DNA of 64,000 nt from an uncultured Thermoplasmata archaeon. GTDB lineage: Archaea; Thermoplasmatota; Thermoplasmata; RBG-16-68-12. The translations under genes and the position numbers were made by a program. Below, one piece after another: positions 1 through 7,885 of the stretch (its first letter is position 1; the number at the start of each line of letters is the position of its first letter). The notes beneath the pieces are model-generated. The model had not been told where the DNA came from, did no database searches, and saw nothing but the letters and a program-made list of their open reading frames with translations. The stretch covers positions 3,545 to 67,544 of the forward strand of contig CAVYJM010000010.1 in NCBI GenBank assembly GCA_963768855.1, read 5' to 3'.

Positions 1-1
1 T

Positions 2-223
2 GTCGTGACGGCTCGGTATCCCGGAGCGGATGCGCGGTACGGATACCAGTTCGAAGAGACCTCCGGGGGCACGAGGATCCTCCTGACCGTCGACGTCCGC
101 CCTCGCCATGTCGGTCGAGTTCTGCTCCCTCTGTTCTCCGGGTGGGCGAGACGCTACGCGGAGCGGGATACGGACGACCATCTGAGACAGATGTCCGAGG
201 ATTTGCGCGGTCCCCGATCGTGA
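2..223 (+). CDS. C-terminal fragment of a small SRPBCC/polyketide-cyclase-like protein; the 5' end lies outside the window
   Basis: The frame is open from the window edge to the stop at 223. The tail ...YQFEETSGGTRILLTVDV...LFSGWARRYAERDTDDHL resembles SRPBCC-fold C-termini. The family call is weak. Confidence 0.3.
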   Translation, partial: VVTARYPGADARYGYQFEETSGGTRILLTVDVRPRHVGRVLLPLFSGWARRYAERDTDDHLRQMSEDLRGPRS

Positions 224-299
224 GCGTACTTTCGGGCACCTCCCTTCGGCGCTCTCCTTTATAGCGACGCGTCCATCGACGGAGGAACGGGGAGGAACC

Positions 300-1094
300 A
301 TGGTCCTCATCACGGAGACGCTCGCCGCCCCCGAGACTCGCCTCGAGACGCGCAAGGCCCTCACGACCTCCGTGCCGACCCTGGACCGCCTCCTCGGCTC
401 CTTCGAGGCGGGGAAGGTCACGCTCCTCGACAGCGGGAGCGATTTCGTCTTCCACCTCACGACCCTCCTGTGCGTGCGCGCGGTCATGGAGGGCGGGAGC
501 GTCGTCTTCGTGGACGGCGGGAACTCCGTCGACCCGCACGGCATGGTCGCCCTGGGGAAACGGGCCGGCCTGACGCGGGACGAGATCCTCCCGCGGGTCC
601 ACGTCGCGCGGGCGTTCACCTGCCACCAGATGACCACATTACTATTGGACATGCTGGATAAAAAGCTCGAGGAGACTCACGCCGAACTCGCGGTCCTCGC
701 CTGCCTCCCGGAGATGTACCTGGACGAGGACGTCGACGTCGGCGAGGCCCACGCGCTCTTCCAGAAGTCCGTGCGGGCGATCCGCCAGACGGTCACGAAC
801 CGCGACGTCGTCGGCCTCGTGACGAACGCGGGATTGTCGAAGCTCTACCGACGCCGCTCGATCCGGCGACAGCTCTACGAGTCCGTGGACCGCGTGGTCC
901 GCATTGCCCACGGAAGGAGCGGCGTGCTCATCACCCGCTCCGATGCGGACGCGGCGGAATGGTACCGCCCCGTGCCCCCGGACCAGCGCACCCTGGACGA
1001 CTTCGAGGACGCGCGGCCGAGGATCGTCGACCTCGCGGCGGTCGGCGTGCCGAGGCCCATCCGGAACGCGGAGCACATGCGGTTCTCCTGGTGA
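300..1094 (+). CDS. RadA/RadB-like RecA-superfamily paralog lacking a Walker A P-loop
   Basis: Rad51/RadA-type blocks are present: LDRLLGSFEAGKVTLL and RVHVARAFTCHQMTTLL (compare xVARAYNSxHQ). The P-loop position reads DSGSDFVFHL instead of GxxGSGKT. A TATA-like CCTTTATAGCG sits about 40 nt upstream. Confidence 0.6.
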   Translation: MVLITETLAAPETRLETRKALTTSVPTLDRLLGSFEAGKVTLLDSGSDFVFHLTTLLCVRAVMEGGSVVFVDGGNSVDPHGMVALGKRAGLTRDEILPRVHVARAFTCHQMTTLLLDMLDKKLEETHAELAVLACLPEMYLDEDVDVGEAHALFQKSVRAIRQTVTNRDVVGLVTNAGLSKLYRRRSIRRQLYESVDRVVRIAHGRSGVLITRSDADAAEWYRPVPPDQRTLDDFEDARPRIVDLAAVGVPRPIRNAEHMRFSW

Positions 1095-1101
1095 GACGCC
1101 G

Positions 1102-1746
1102 CTAGGGGAATCCCGTGAAGGCCGTCCAGGCGAGGTAGACGGCGAAGACGACCAGGACGGCAATCGAGAAGACGAGGACGAGGTGGTACGTCCTCGCATA
1201 CCGCTTCTGGGCCGCCTGCAGCAGGAAAGGGAAGGCGAGGATCCAGAGGAGGATCCCCACGACGAAGCCGACGAGGACGGAAGGGCCGAGCTCGTCGATG
1301 AGCGCAATCCCGGCCGTGAGCCACCAGAGGATCGGGTAGGGGCTCGTGAGGTTCGCCGCGACCCCGGTGGCAAACGAGGTCGCGCGGACGACGGACGCGG
1401 AGGTCGCCACGACGGGTTCCGCCTTCCAGGCTTTCGCCGCGCCCCAGGCGAAGTACGCCATGACGCCCGCGCCCACGAGGGCGATCGCCGGGAAGATCGG
1501 TCGCATCCCCAGGAGGAGGGAGTGGGCGAGCACGGAGAGAGCGAGCCAGAGCATGTCGATCGTGAGCGCGCCGAGGCCGATCAGGAACCCCGAGCGCCAC
1601 GAGCGCGTGACGGCGTGGCTCGCCATGAGCGCGTTCACCGGGCCGGGAGGAGCGGTGAGCGAGAGGGCCAGCAGGATCCCGATGCCCGCGCTCACGAAGA
1701 CCTCGAGGACCACGCGACGCGAACGCGAGCGCGGCACATGAAGCAT
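1102..1746 (-). CDS. LysE/RhtB-family amino-acid exporter (membrane protein)
   Basis: About 6 TM segments. The N-terminal LTAPPGPVNALM motif is typical of the LysE family. I chose the ATG at 1746 (MLHVPRS...) so the gene does not overlap the divergent neighbour. Confidence 0.6.
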   Translation of the reverse strand: MLHVPRSRSRRVVLEVFVSAGIGILLALSLTAPPGPVNALMASHAVTRSWRSGFLIGLGALTIDMLWLALSVLAHSLLLGMRPIFPAIALVGAGVMAYFAWGAAKAWKAEPVVATSASVVRATSFATGVAANLTSPYPILWWLTAGIALIDELGPSVLVGFVVGILLWILAFPFLLQAAQKRYARTYHLVLVFSIAVLVVFAVYLAWTAFTGFP

Positions 1747-1786
1747 CCCGCGAACCCTTATACCGCCCGCAGCCATCGGCCGCCTC

Positions 1787-2521
1787 GTGCGCATCGGCGC
1801 GTCGACGTACAGCCGCGAGCCGTTCCCCAAGCAGATCGAGGAGGCCCGCGAGGCCGGGTACGACTACGTCGAGCTCGACCTGACCTGGGTGAACTGGGAG
1901 CCTGCGAAGCTCCGGGAGGAGGCCGAAGGCTTCGCGAAGAAGATCCCGCTCGAGACGGCCCACTTCCCGCCCTCCCATTTCCATGACCGGGACCTCGCGC
2001 GGTTCGCGGGCTTCATCGACGCCCTCGCGCCGGTCGGCACGCGGGTGTTCAACGTCCACTTCCTCCAGGCGCGCTCCGCGCCGACCGTCTCGACGGAGGC
2101 GAAGATCTCATGGCTCGCCGACCTCGCGAAGGCCGCAACAAGTCGTGGCGTTGTGGTCACCGTGGAGAACCTCGACGAGACCCCGCAGGAATTGCGAAAG
2201 GTGCTCGACGCGGTGCCGGACCTGCAGTACTGCCTCGACATCGGGCACGCCCACCTCGACAAGCGCGAGGACGGCGGGCGGACGTACCTGGAGGCGCTTG
2301 GAGATCGCCTCGGGCTCGTCCACATGCACGACAACCATGGAGGCCACGGCAAGGAAGGGGACGAGCACCTGCCCTTCGGCCAGGGAACGATCGACCTGGA
2401 GCGGGACGTCCGCGCGCTCAAGGCGCGCTACGAGGACCGCGTGACCTTGGAGATTTTCAAGGGAATCCCGGATGACCGCAAGGCGTGCCTCCGCAAGATG
2501 CGTCGGTGGGCGCGGCCGTAG
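1787..2521 (+). CDS. Sugar phosphate isomerase/epimerase (xylose isomerase-like TIM barrel) family protein
   Basis: GTG start. Blocks ...AREAGYDYVELDL..., VTVENL..., LDIGHAHL and HMHDN match the AP endonuclease 2 / xylose isomerase-like TIM barrel pattern. Confidence 0.55.
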   Translation: MRIGASTYSREPFPKQIEEAREAGYDYVELDLTWVNWEPAKLREEAEGFAKKIPLETAHFPPSHFHDRDLARFAGFIDALAPVGTRVFNVHFLQARSAPTVSTEAKISWLADLAKAATSRGVVVTVENLDETPQELRKVLDAVPDLQYCLDIGHAHLDKREDGGRTYLEALGDRLGLVHMHDNHGGHGKEGDEHLPFGQGTIDLERDVRALKARYEDRVTLEIFKGIPDDRKACLRKMRRWARP

Positions 2522-2537
2522 ACGATGCGGCTGGGAA

Positions 2538-2559
2538 GTCAACCTTGTTTAAGGTTGAC
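2538..2559. promoter_or_regulatory. Copy a of the recurrent palindrome GTCAACCTT-GTTT-AAGGTTGAC
   Basis: Perfect 9-bp arms with a 4-nt spacer. It lies 17 nt after the stop at 2521, is followed by TTTTCC, and ends 40 nt before the ATG at 2599. It contains a TATA-like TTTAAGG. Confidence 0.5.
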
Positions 2560-2598
2560 TTTTCCGGGACACTTTCGGGGACCTCTCCCGGGCATCCG

Positions 2599-2925
2599 AT
2601 GATAGCGGACACAGACCATAGCGAGCGCATGGGCCGCACGATCCCGACGTACCGCCTCCACCTCGAGTCGATCCTGAACGACTGGATGGACTACCGCCGC
2701 GCGCTTCGGGAGAGGGACCGGGAGGTCTTCGACCGTCTCCTGAACAAGGCGAGGCAGCACGCGAGCGCCGCGAGCTACTCCGCCCACCTGGACCCCACGG
2801 ACCTCGCGTTCCTGTCCATCCTCCTCGAGATGGAGAAGGAGCTGGAGACCCTGCGGACCCGACGCGAACGTTCTTCCGGCCCGGAGGAATCCGCGGCCCG
2901 TGAACCTCCGCGAGGCACGGCCTGA
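2599..2925 (+). CDS. Hypothetical protein (108 aa, helical, charged)
   Basis: An ORF with coding-like composition. I recognise no family. The start could instead be the ATG at 2629. Confidence 0.35.
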   Translation: MIADTDHSERMGRTIPTYRLHLESILNDWMDYRRALRERDREVFDRLLNKARQHASAASYSAHLDPTDLAFLSILLEMEKELETLRTRRERSSGPEESAAREPPRGTA

Positions 2926-3415
2926 GGACCGTCCGGCGATCGAGCGGATCTCGCGGGCCTCCTTCGACCGCGTGTACGCGTTCTTCTCGATCCACGGGAG
3001 CCGCCAGGGCTGGCCCCAGCTCATCGCCGAGGAGGATGGCGGGGTAGTCGGGTTCCTCGAAGGGCGCCTCTTCGACGGACGGCCGCCGATCGGCTACGTG
3101 TACTTCGTCGCGGTGGACTCGGAGCACCGGAGGCACCACGCGGGACGGTTGCTCGTGGAGGAGTCCCTGCGGAGATTCGAGTCCCGCGGAGCCACGCGGG
3201 TCTTCGCCGCGGTCCCCGATGGCAACGAAGCGTCCATGGGACTTTTCAAGGTCCTCAGATTCCAGGAAGTCCCGCGGGGCGCAATGTGGCAGTGGTACCG
3301 GTGGCGCAGCCTCGCGGTCCAGATGAACATGATGATCGCGCCGCACGAGATCCTGCTCGCGCGCACTTTCACGGACCCCTCCCCGGCATCGGACCAAGAG
3401 CCCCCTCGACCCTGA
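2900..3415 (+). CDS. GNAT-family N-acetyltransferase
   Basis: GTG start. Has the acetyl-CoA motif region VAVDSEHRRHHAGRLLVEESLRRFESRGATRV and GNAT beta-strand spacing. Confidence 0.7.
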   Translation: MNLREARPEDRPAIERISRASFDRVYAFFSIHGSRQGWPQLIAEEDGGVVGFLEGRLFDGRPPIGYVYFVAVDSEHRRHHAGRLLVEESLRRFESRGATRVFAAVPDGNEASMGLFKVLRFQEVPRGAMWQWYRWRSLAVQMNMMIAPHEILLARTFTDPSPASDQEPPRP

Positions 3416-3485
3416 AGGAGGGCCCCGGGGGAGTTTCACGCACGGATGGATCATCGACGCGTACGCGGACTACGACAAGGACGCG

Positions 3486-4970
3486 GTGGTCCTCCGGCTC
3501 TGGAACGAGCAGGGCGCGCACCGCATCGAGGACCCGCGACTCGTGCCGTCGTTCTTCCTCCACGCATCGCCGGGCGACCTGCCTTCCCTCCGCCGCCGCA
3601 TCGAGATCCTTGACGGCGTGCGCGAGATCCGCGAGGTCTCGCGCCGCATCGCCCTCGAGGACGACGAACCGCGTCCCGTCCTCGAGATCGTGCCGCGGCA
3701 CTACCGCGACCTGCGAAAACTCTCCCATATCCTCGACTCGAACGGCGGCTATGTGGACCACCGTCTCTTCGATGTCGACCTGCGGTTCAGCCAGCGCTAC
3801 GCAATCGAGCACGATATCTTCCCCATGGGCCTCGTGCGCTACGCGAACGGCACATGGCGGGCGGAGGAGGAACACTTCGCCCTCGACTATCCGCTGCCGC
3901 CTTTGAGGCGGTCTCTCCTCGACCTCCATGTGGACAACCCGGCAGGCATGCCGCGGATGCAGGATCGGCTCCTCGGAGCTCGTATGGACGACGTTGAGAT
4001 CGACGGGAGCGAGGAGGCGATCCTCCGAGGCATCGACGAGACGGTCCGCTCGAAGGACCCGGACATCCTGATGACGGATGGTGGAGACGCCTTCGTCATG
4101 CCGTACCTCGCGCGGAAGGCCGCGGAACTCGGCGTGAATTTGCAGCTCGGCCGTGATGCGGACAAATTCGCGGAGAAGAAAGCGAAGTCCTACTTCACGT
4201 ACGGGAAGATCGTCTACAAACCCGGGCAATACATCCTGCGCGGACGGCTGCACCTGGACCGCGGGCACTTCGCGTTCCGGGAGAGTGACTTCGCGGGGCT
4301 CGCGGAGCTGTCCCGCCTGTCGACCCTGACACCCCAGGAGCAGGCGCGGCTCACGCCGGGCACGGCGATCACCGCGATGCAGGTGAACCAGGCACACAAG
4401 GACGGTTGCCTCGCGGCCTGGAAGAAGAACCGTCCGGAGGAGTTCAAGAGCGCGGAGTATCTGCTGCGGGGGGACCGCGGCGGATTCATCTTCGAGCCCG
4501 AGGTCGGATTGCACGAGGGACTCTACGAGCTCGATTTCTTCGCGCTGTATCCGAACATCATGGTGAAGTTCAACATCAGCCCAGAGACGCTCGATTGTCC
4601 TTGCTGCTCCTCGGACGGGCGTGGCGTTCCCGAGTTGAATTATCATCTTTGCACGCGACGCGCAGGATTGATTCCTCGTGTCTTGAGGCCCGTGGTCGAG
4701 CGGCGGCGTTACTACAAGAAGATGAAGAAGGAGCCGGGCCCGCTACAGGAGGTGTATGCGGGCAGGGACACGATCCTGAAGTGGCTCCTAGTGACGTGCT
4801 TTCGGTTACACTGGCTACAAAAATGCCCGCTTCGGCCGCATCGAATGCCACGAGGCCATCAACGCGTACGCGCGCGACGTTCTCGTCCACTCCATGGAAA
4901 TCGCGGAGTCACACCGCTACGAGGTGGTCCACGGCATCGTCGACTCGCTGTGGCTCCGCCCCAAACCTGA
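3486..4970 (+). CDS. polB: Family B DNA polymerase-like protein, N-terminal fragment (frame-disrupted, PolB2-like degenerate motifs)
   Basis: Motif A LDFFALYPNIM is intact. Motif B begins at LKWLLVTCF and then the frame is lost at about 4803. Exo I reads LDLHV (DxE becomes DxH). Exo II reads GDAFVMPYL (FD becomes FV). The conserved N-terminus (W)IIDAYADYDKDAVV lies upstream of the first in-frame start codon. Confidence 0.8.
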   Translation: MVLRLWNEQGAHRIEDPRLVPSFFLHASPGDLPSLRRRIEILDGVREIREVSRRIALEDDEPRPVLEIVPRHYRDLRKLSHILDSNGGYVDHRLFDVDLRFSQRYAIEHDIFPMGLVRYANGTWRAEEEHFALDYPLPPLRRSLLDLHVDNPAGMPRMQDRLLGARMDDVEIDGSEEAILRGIDETVRSKDPDILMTDGGDAFVMPYLARKAAELGVNLQLGRDADKFAEKKAKSYFTYGKIVYKPGQYILRGRLHLDRGHFAFRESDFAGLAELSRLSTLTPQEQARLTPGTAITAMQVNQAHKDGCLAAWKKNRPEEFKSAEYLLRGDRGGFIFEPEVGLHEGLYELDFFALYPNIMVKFNISPETLDCPCCSSDGRGVPELNYHLCTRRAGLIPRVLRPVVERRRYYKKMKKEPGPLQEVYAGRDTILKWLLVTCFRLHWLQKCPLRPHRMPRGHQRVRARRSRPLHGNRGVTPLRGGPRHRRLAVAPPQT

Positions 4971-5784
4971 TGCAGACGACATCCGCAAGGTCCAGGACCA
5001 TATCGCCGGTGCAACAGGTCTCCCCATCGAACTCGAGGGCCGCTACAAGTGGATCGTCTTCCTCCCCTGCAAAACGACCGGCGTCGGCGCGCTGAACCGC
5101 TACTACGGCCTCTACGACCACGATGAGTTCAAGCTCCGCGGCATCGAGCTGCGGAAACACGACACGCCGGAGTTCATCAACATCGCCCAAGAGGCGATGC
5201 TCGGAGAGCTGAGCCTCGCCTCGAACGCGGCGGAGTTCCACGAGCGCATCCCCCGCGCCGTGAACGTGCTGCGCTGGACCGCGAAGCGCGTCCTCGACCG
5301 CGCGATCCCCGTGCACCAGTTCGTCCTCACGAAGAACGTCTCCCGCACCCTGCCCGAGTACGTCGTCCTCACGGCGACCGCGGCGGCCCTCAAGCAGATG
5401 GAGAAACGCGGCTTCACGGTCGAGCCCGGAGAGACCGTGCGCTACGTCCTCCTCGACGTCCGAGCGCGCGAGTCAGAGCGGAAGGTGCGCGTCGCGGAGT
5501 TCCTCGATGGAGACGAGAGGCCGGATGCGTGGGAGTACATCCGCCTCCTGTGCCGCTCGGGGCAGACGCTCCTCGCGCCCTTCGGCATCACGGAGGAGGA
5601 CCTCTTCGCGAGCTGCAAGGACCTCTCCGACGTCGCGTCGCCGGGGAGTCCGCAGGAGATCGAGATCAAGGACCCGGGACGCGGGTACGGGCACAGCCGC
5701 GCGCGGGGGGGCGTGGGCTACACGCACACGTGGCGCATCGAGGAGGACGAGGCGGAGCCCGGCGAGATCCCCGAAGAGGGATGA
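4894..5784 (+). CDS. polB: Family B DNA polymerase-like protein, C-terminal fragment
   Basis: In this frame the homology already starts at 4804 with GYTGYKNARFGRIECHEAINAYARDVL, which completes motif B. The motif C position reads VVHGIVDSLW instead of YGDTDS. The thumb region follows. Confidence 0.8.
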   Translation: MEIAESHRYEVVHGIVDSLWLRPKPDADDIRKVQDHIAGATGLPIELEGRYKWIVFLPCKTTGVGALNRYYGLYDHDEFKLRGIELRKHDTPEFINIAQEAMLGELSLASNAAEFHERIPRAVNVLRWTAKRVLDRAIPVHQFVLTKNVSRTLPEYVVLTATAAALKQMEKRGFTVEPGETVRYVLLDVRARESERKVRVAEFLDGDERPDAWEYIRLLCRSGQTLLAPFGITEEDLFASCKDLSDVASPGSPQEIEIKDPGRGYGHSRARGGVGYTHTWRIEEDEAEPGEIPEEG

Positions 5785-5802
5785 TGCGCCGGCCCGGCGC
5801 GC

Positions 5803-6027
5803 TCACTCGAGTTCCAGCGGCTCTTCCTGGAGTCCGTCCGTCGCGGCCACGAGCTTCGTCACGCGCTGCTCCGCCTGGGCCAGCATGCCGTGGCACCGGC
5901 GGTACAGGGCGAGACCTTCCTCGAAGGTCGCCAGGGCTCGGTCCAGCGGCACGTCGCCGCGGGAGAGCTCCTCGACCTTCGCCTCGAGCGCCGCGAGGGC
6001 GTCCTCGAACGACGGTTCGTCGGTCAT
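5803..6027 (-). CDS. xseB: Exodeoxyribonuclease VII small subunit
   Basis: 74 aa. SFEDALAALEAKVEELSRGDVPLDRALATFEEGLALYRRC is the classic XseB helical hairpin. The gene lies immediately downstream of xseA. Confidence 0.85.
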   Translation of the reverse strand: MTDEPSFEDALAALEAKVEELSRGDVPLDRALATFEEGLALYRRCHGMLAQAEQRVTKLVAATDGLQEEPLELE

Positions 6028-6028
6028 G

Positions 6029-7291
6029 TCATGGGTCCTCCTGTTTCGATTCGACGTGAACGTGAAGGCGGCCGTCCTGGAGGCGGACGACCAGGTTGTC
6101 TGGGACGAGCACGGAGCGGGCGAGGGTGACCACGCCGCCCGCGCCGCGCTCGACGATCGCGTACCCGCGGCGCAAGGTGCCCAGGGGGCTCACGGCATCC
6201 AAGCGGTCGGCGACGGAGTCGAGCCGTTCCGACCGGGCCGCCAGCATCCGGACGGTCGCGTCCCGGAGGCCACAGCCCAGCTTCCCCAGCCGCACTGTGG
6301 AGTCCGCGACCTCGTTCCGGAGCGCGAGCGGGGAGAGACGGCCTCCCGCGACGGCCGCGGCCCTCCTTCGCTCCCGCAGCGCGTCCCGGATCGCGGCCAG
6401 GGACGCCTCGGCGAGGGATTGCAGGTGGGCCTGCAGGTCCTCCGAGTCTGGGGAGACGAGCTCCGCGGCCGCGCTGGGCGTGGGCGCGCGGACGTCGGCC
6501 ACGAAGTCCGCGATCGTGACGTCCGTCTCGTGCCCGACCGCACTCACGACGGGCACGGGGCATGAGGCGATGGCCCGGGCCAGGGACTCGTCGTTGAAGC
6601 ACCAGAGGTCCTCGAGGGAACCGCCGCCGCGGGCGACGATGACGAGGTCCACGCGTTCCTGCACGGCGGCGAGAGCCTGCCGCAGGCTGGCGGGGGCCTC
6701 GGGTCCCTGCACGAGTGCGGGAGACAGGACGACGTCCGCGAGGGGATAGCGCCGTCGCAGGATCGTCACGAGGTCATGGAGGACGGCACCCCGCTCCGAC
6801 GTCACGAGCCCGATACGACACGGGTACGTCGGCAGGGGCCGCTTCCTCGCGGCGCCGAACAGGCCCTCCGCGTCGAGGGTCTTGCGCGTCCGCTGGAACG
6901 TCGCCCAGAACAGGCCCACGCCCTCGGGGGCCAGGGTGTGCACGACGAGCTGGATCTCCCCACGGCGCGCGTACAGGTCGACGTCGCCGGTCGCGAGGAC
7001 CGCCATGCCATCCGCCAGGTCGAAGGGGAGGGACTCCGCATCGCCGCGGAACAGGACACAGGGGATCTGCGCGTTCTCGTCCTTGAGGGTGAAGAACACG
7101 AGGCCTCCGGAGACGCGCTGCACGTTGCTCGTTTCGCCGCGGACGAGCACGCGCGTGAGGAGGGGGTTGGAGCGCACCGTGTCCCGCAGGAGGCGGGTGA
7201 GCTCGGACACGGTCAGGGCTCGGGCCCCGCCGCCGTCTCCGTCCGCCCGGATCGTGATCGTGCCCATGATGCCCTCGAAGGAGGAGACCAC
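6029..7291 (-). CDS. xseA: Exodeoxyribonuclease VII large subunit
   Basis: N-terminal OB fold (VRGETSNVQRVSGGLVFFTLKDENAQIPCVLF), a catalytic core (RIGLVTSERGAVLHD..., IVARGGGSLEDLWCFNDE) and a C-terminal coiled coil. Confidence 0.85.
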   Translation of the reverse strand: MVSSFEGIMGTITIRADGDGGGARALTVSELTRLLRDTVRSNPLLTRVLVRGETSNVQRVSGGLVFFTLKDENAQIPCVLFRGDAESLPFDLADGMAVLATGDVDLYARRGEIQLVVHTLAPEGVGLFWATFQRTRKTLDAEGLFGAARKRPLPTYPCRIGLVTSERGAVLHDLVTILRRRYPLADVVLSPALVQGPEAPASLRQALAAVQERVDLVIVARGGGSLEDLWCFNDESLARAIASCPVPVVSAVGHETDVTIADFVADVRAPTPSAAAELVSPDSEDLQAHLQSLAEASLAAIRDALRERRRAAAVAGGRLSPLALRNEVADSTVRLGKLGCGLRDATVRMLAARSERLDSVADRLDAVSPLGTLRRGYAIVERGAGGVVTLARSVLVPDNLVVRLQDGRLHVHVESKQEDP

Positions 7292-7345
7292 GGGATCGCG
7301 CGTATTTCAACGGGCCCGGGAGGGATGGGCGAAAGTGCCGAACCC

Positions 7346-7885
7346 CTACGCGCTCGCGAGGAGGTCCTTCGCGGTCACCAGTGCATGAAGGTGCACGGCG
7401 ATCTCCGCGAGGGCCATCTTCCCGCCTTCCTCGCGGTCGACGACCGCGACGACGTCGTCGATGACCGCGCCCTGCGCGCGCAGCCGCTCGATCGCGCCGC
7501 GTAGCGTGCCGCCCGTCGTGATGACGTCCTCGACGAAGAGCACCCGGTCGCCCTTCGCAAGTTCGCCTTCGAACTCCTTCTTCGTCCCGTGCTCCTTCGT
7601 CGCCTTGCGGACCATGAGGTAGGGCTTGTTCGACGCCAGGCTGACGGCCGCAGCGATGGGGACCGCGCCAAGTTCCACGCCCGCGATCCGGTCCGCGTGC
7701 GCCGCGAAGGGGGCCATCCCCTCGCCGATCGCACGGAGCAGGGCGGGCCGCGTCACGGCCTTCTTGATGTCGATGTAGAACGCGGAGGTCTTGCCCGAGG
7801 CCAGGGTGAACGTCCCGAACTGCAGCGCCCCGCACGCCTTGAGGTCCGCCAGGAACGCGGCGCGGTCGAACTCACCAGGGCTCAT
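7346..7885 (-). CDS. pyrE: Orotate phosphoribosyltransferase
   Basis: FGTFTLASGKTSAFYIDIK and the PRPP-binding motif VLFVEDVITTGGT. It overlaps the upstream gene's end by 14 nt, which suggests an operon. Confidence 0.9.
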   Translation of the reverse strand: MSPGEFDRAAFLADLKACGALQFGTFTLASGKTSAFYIDIKKAVTRPALLRAIGEGMAPFAAHADRIAGVELGAVPIAAAVSLASNKPYLMVRKATKEHGTKKEFEGELAKGDRVLFVEDVITTGGTLRGAIERLRAQGAVIDDVVAVVDREEGGKMALAEIAVHLHALVTAKDLLASA

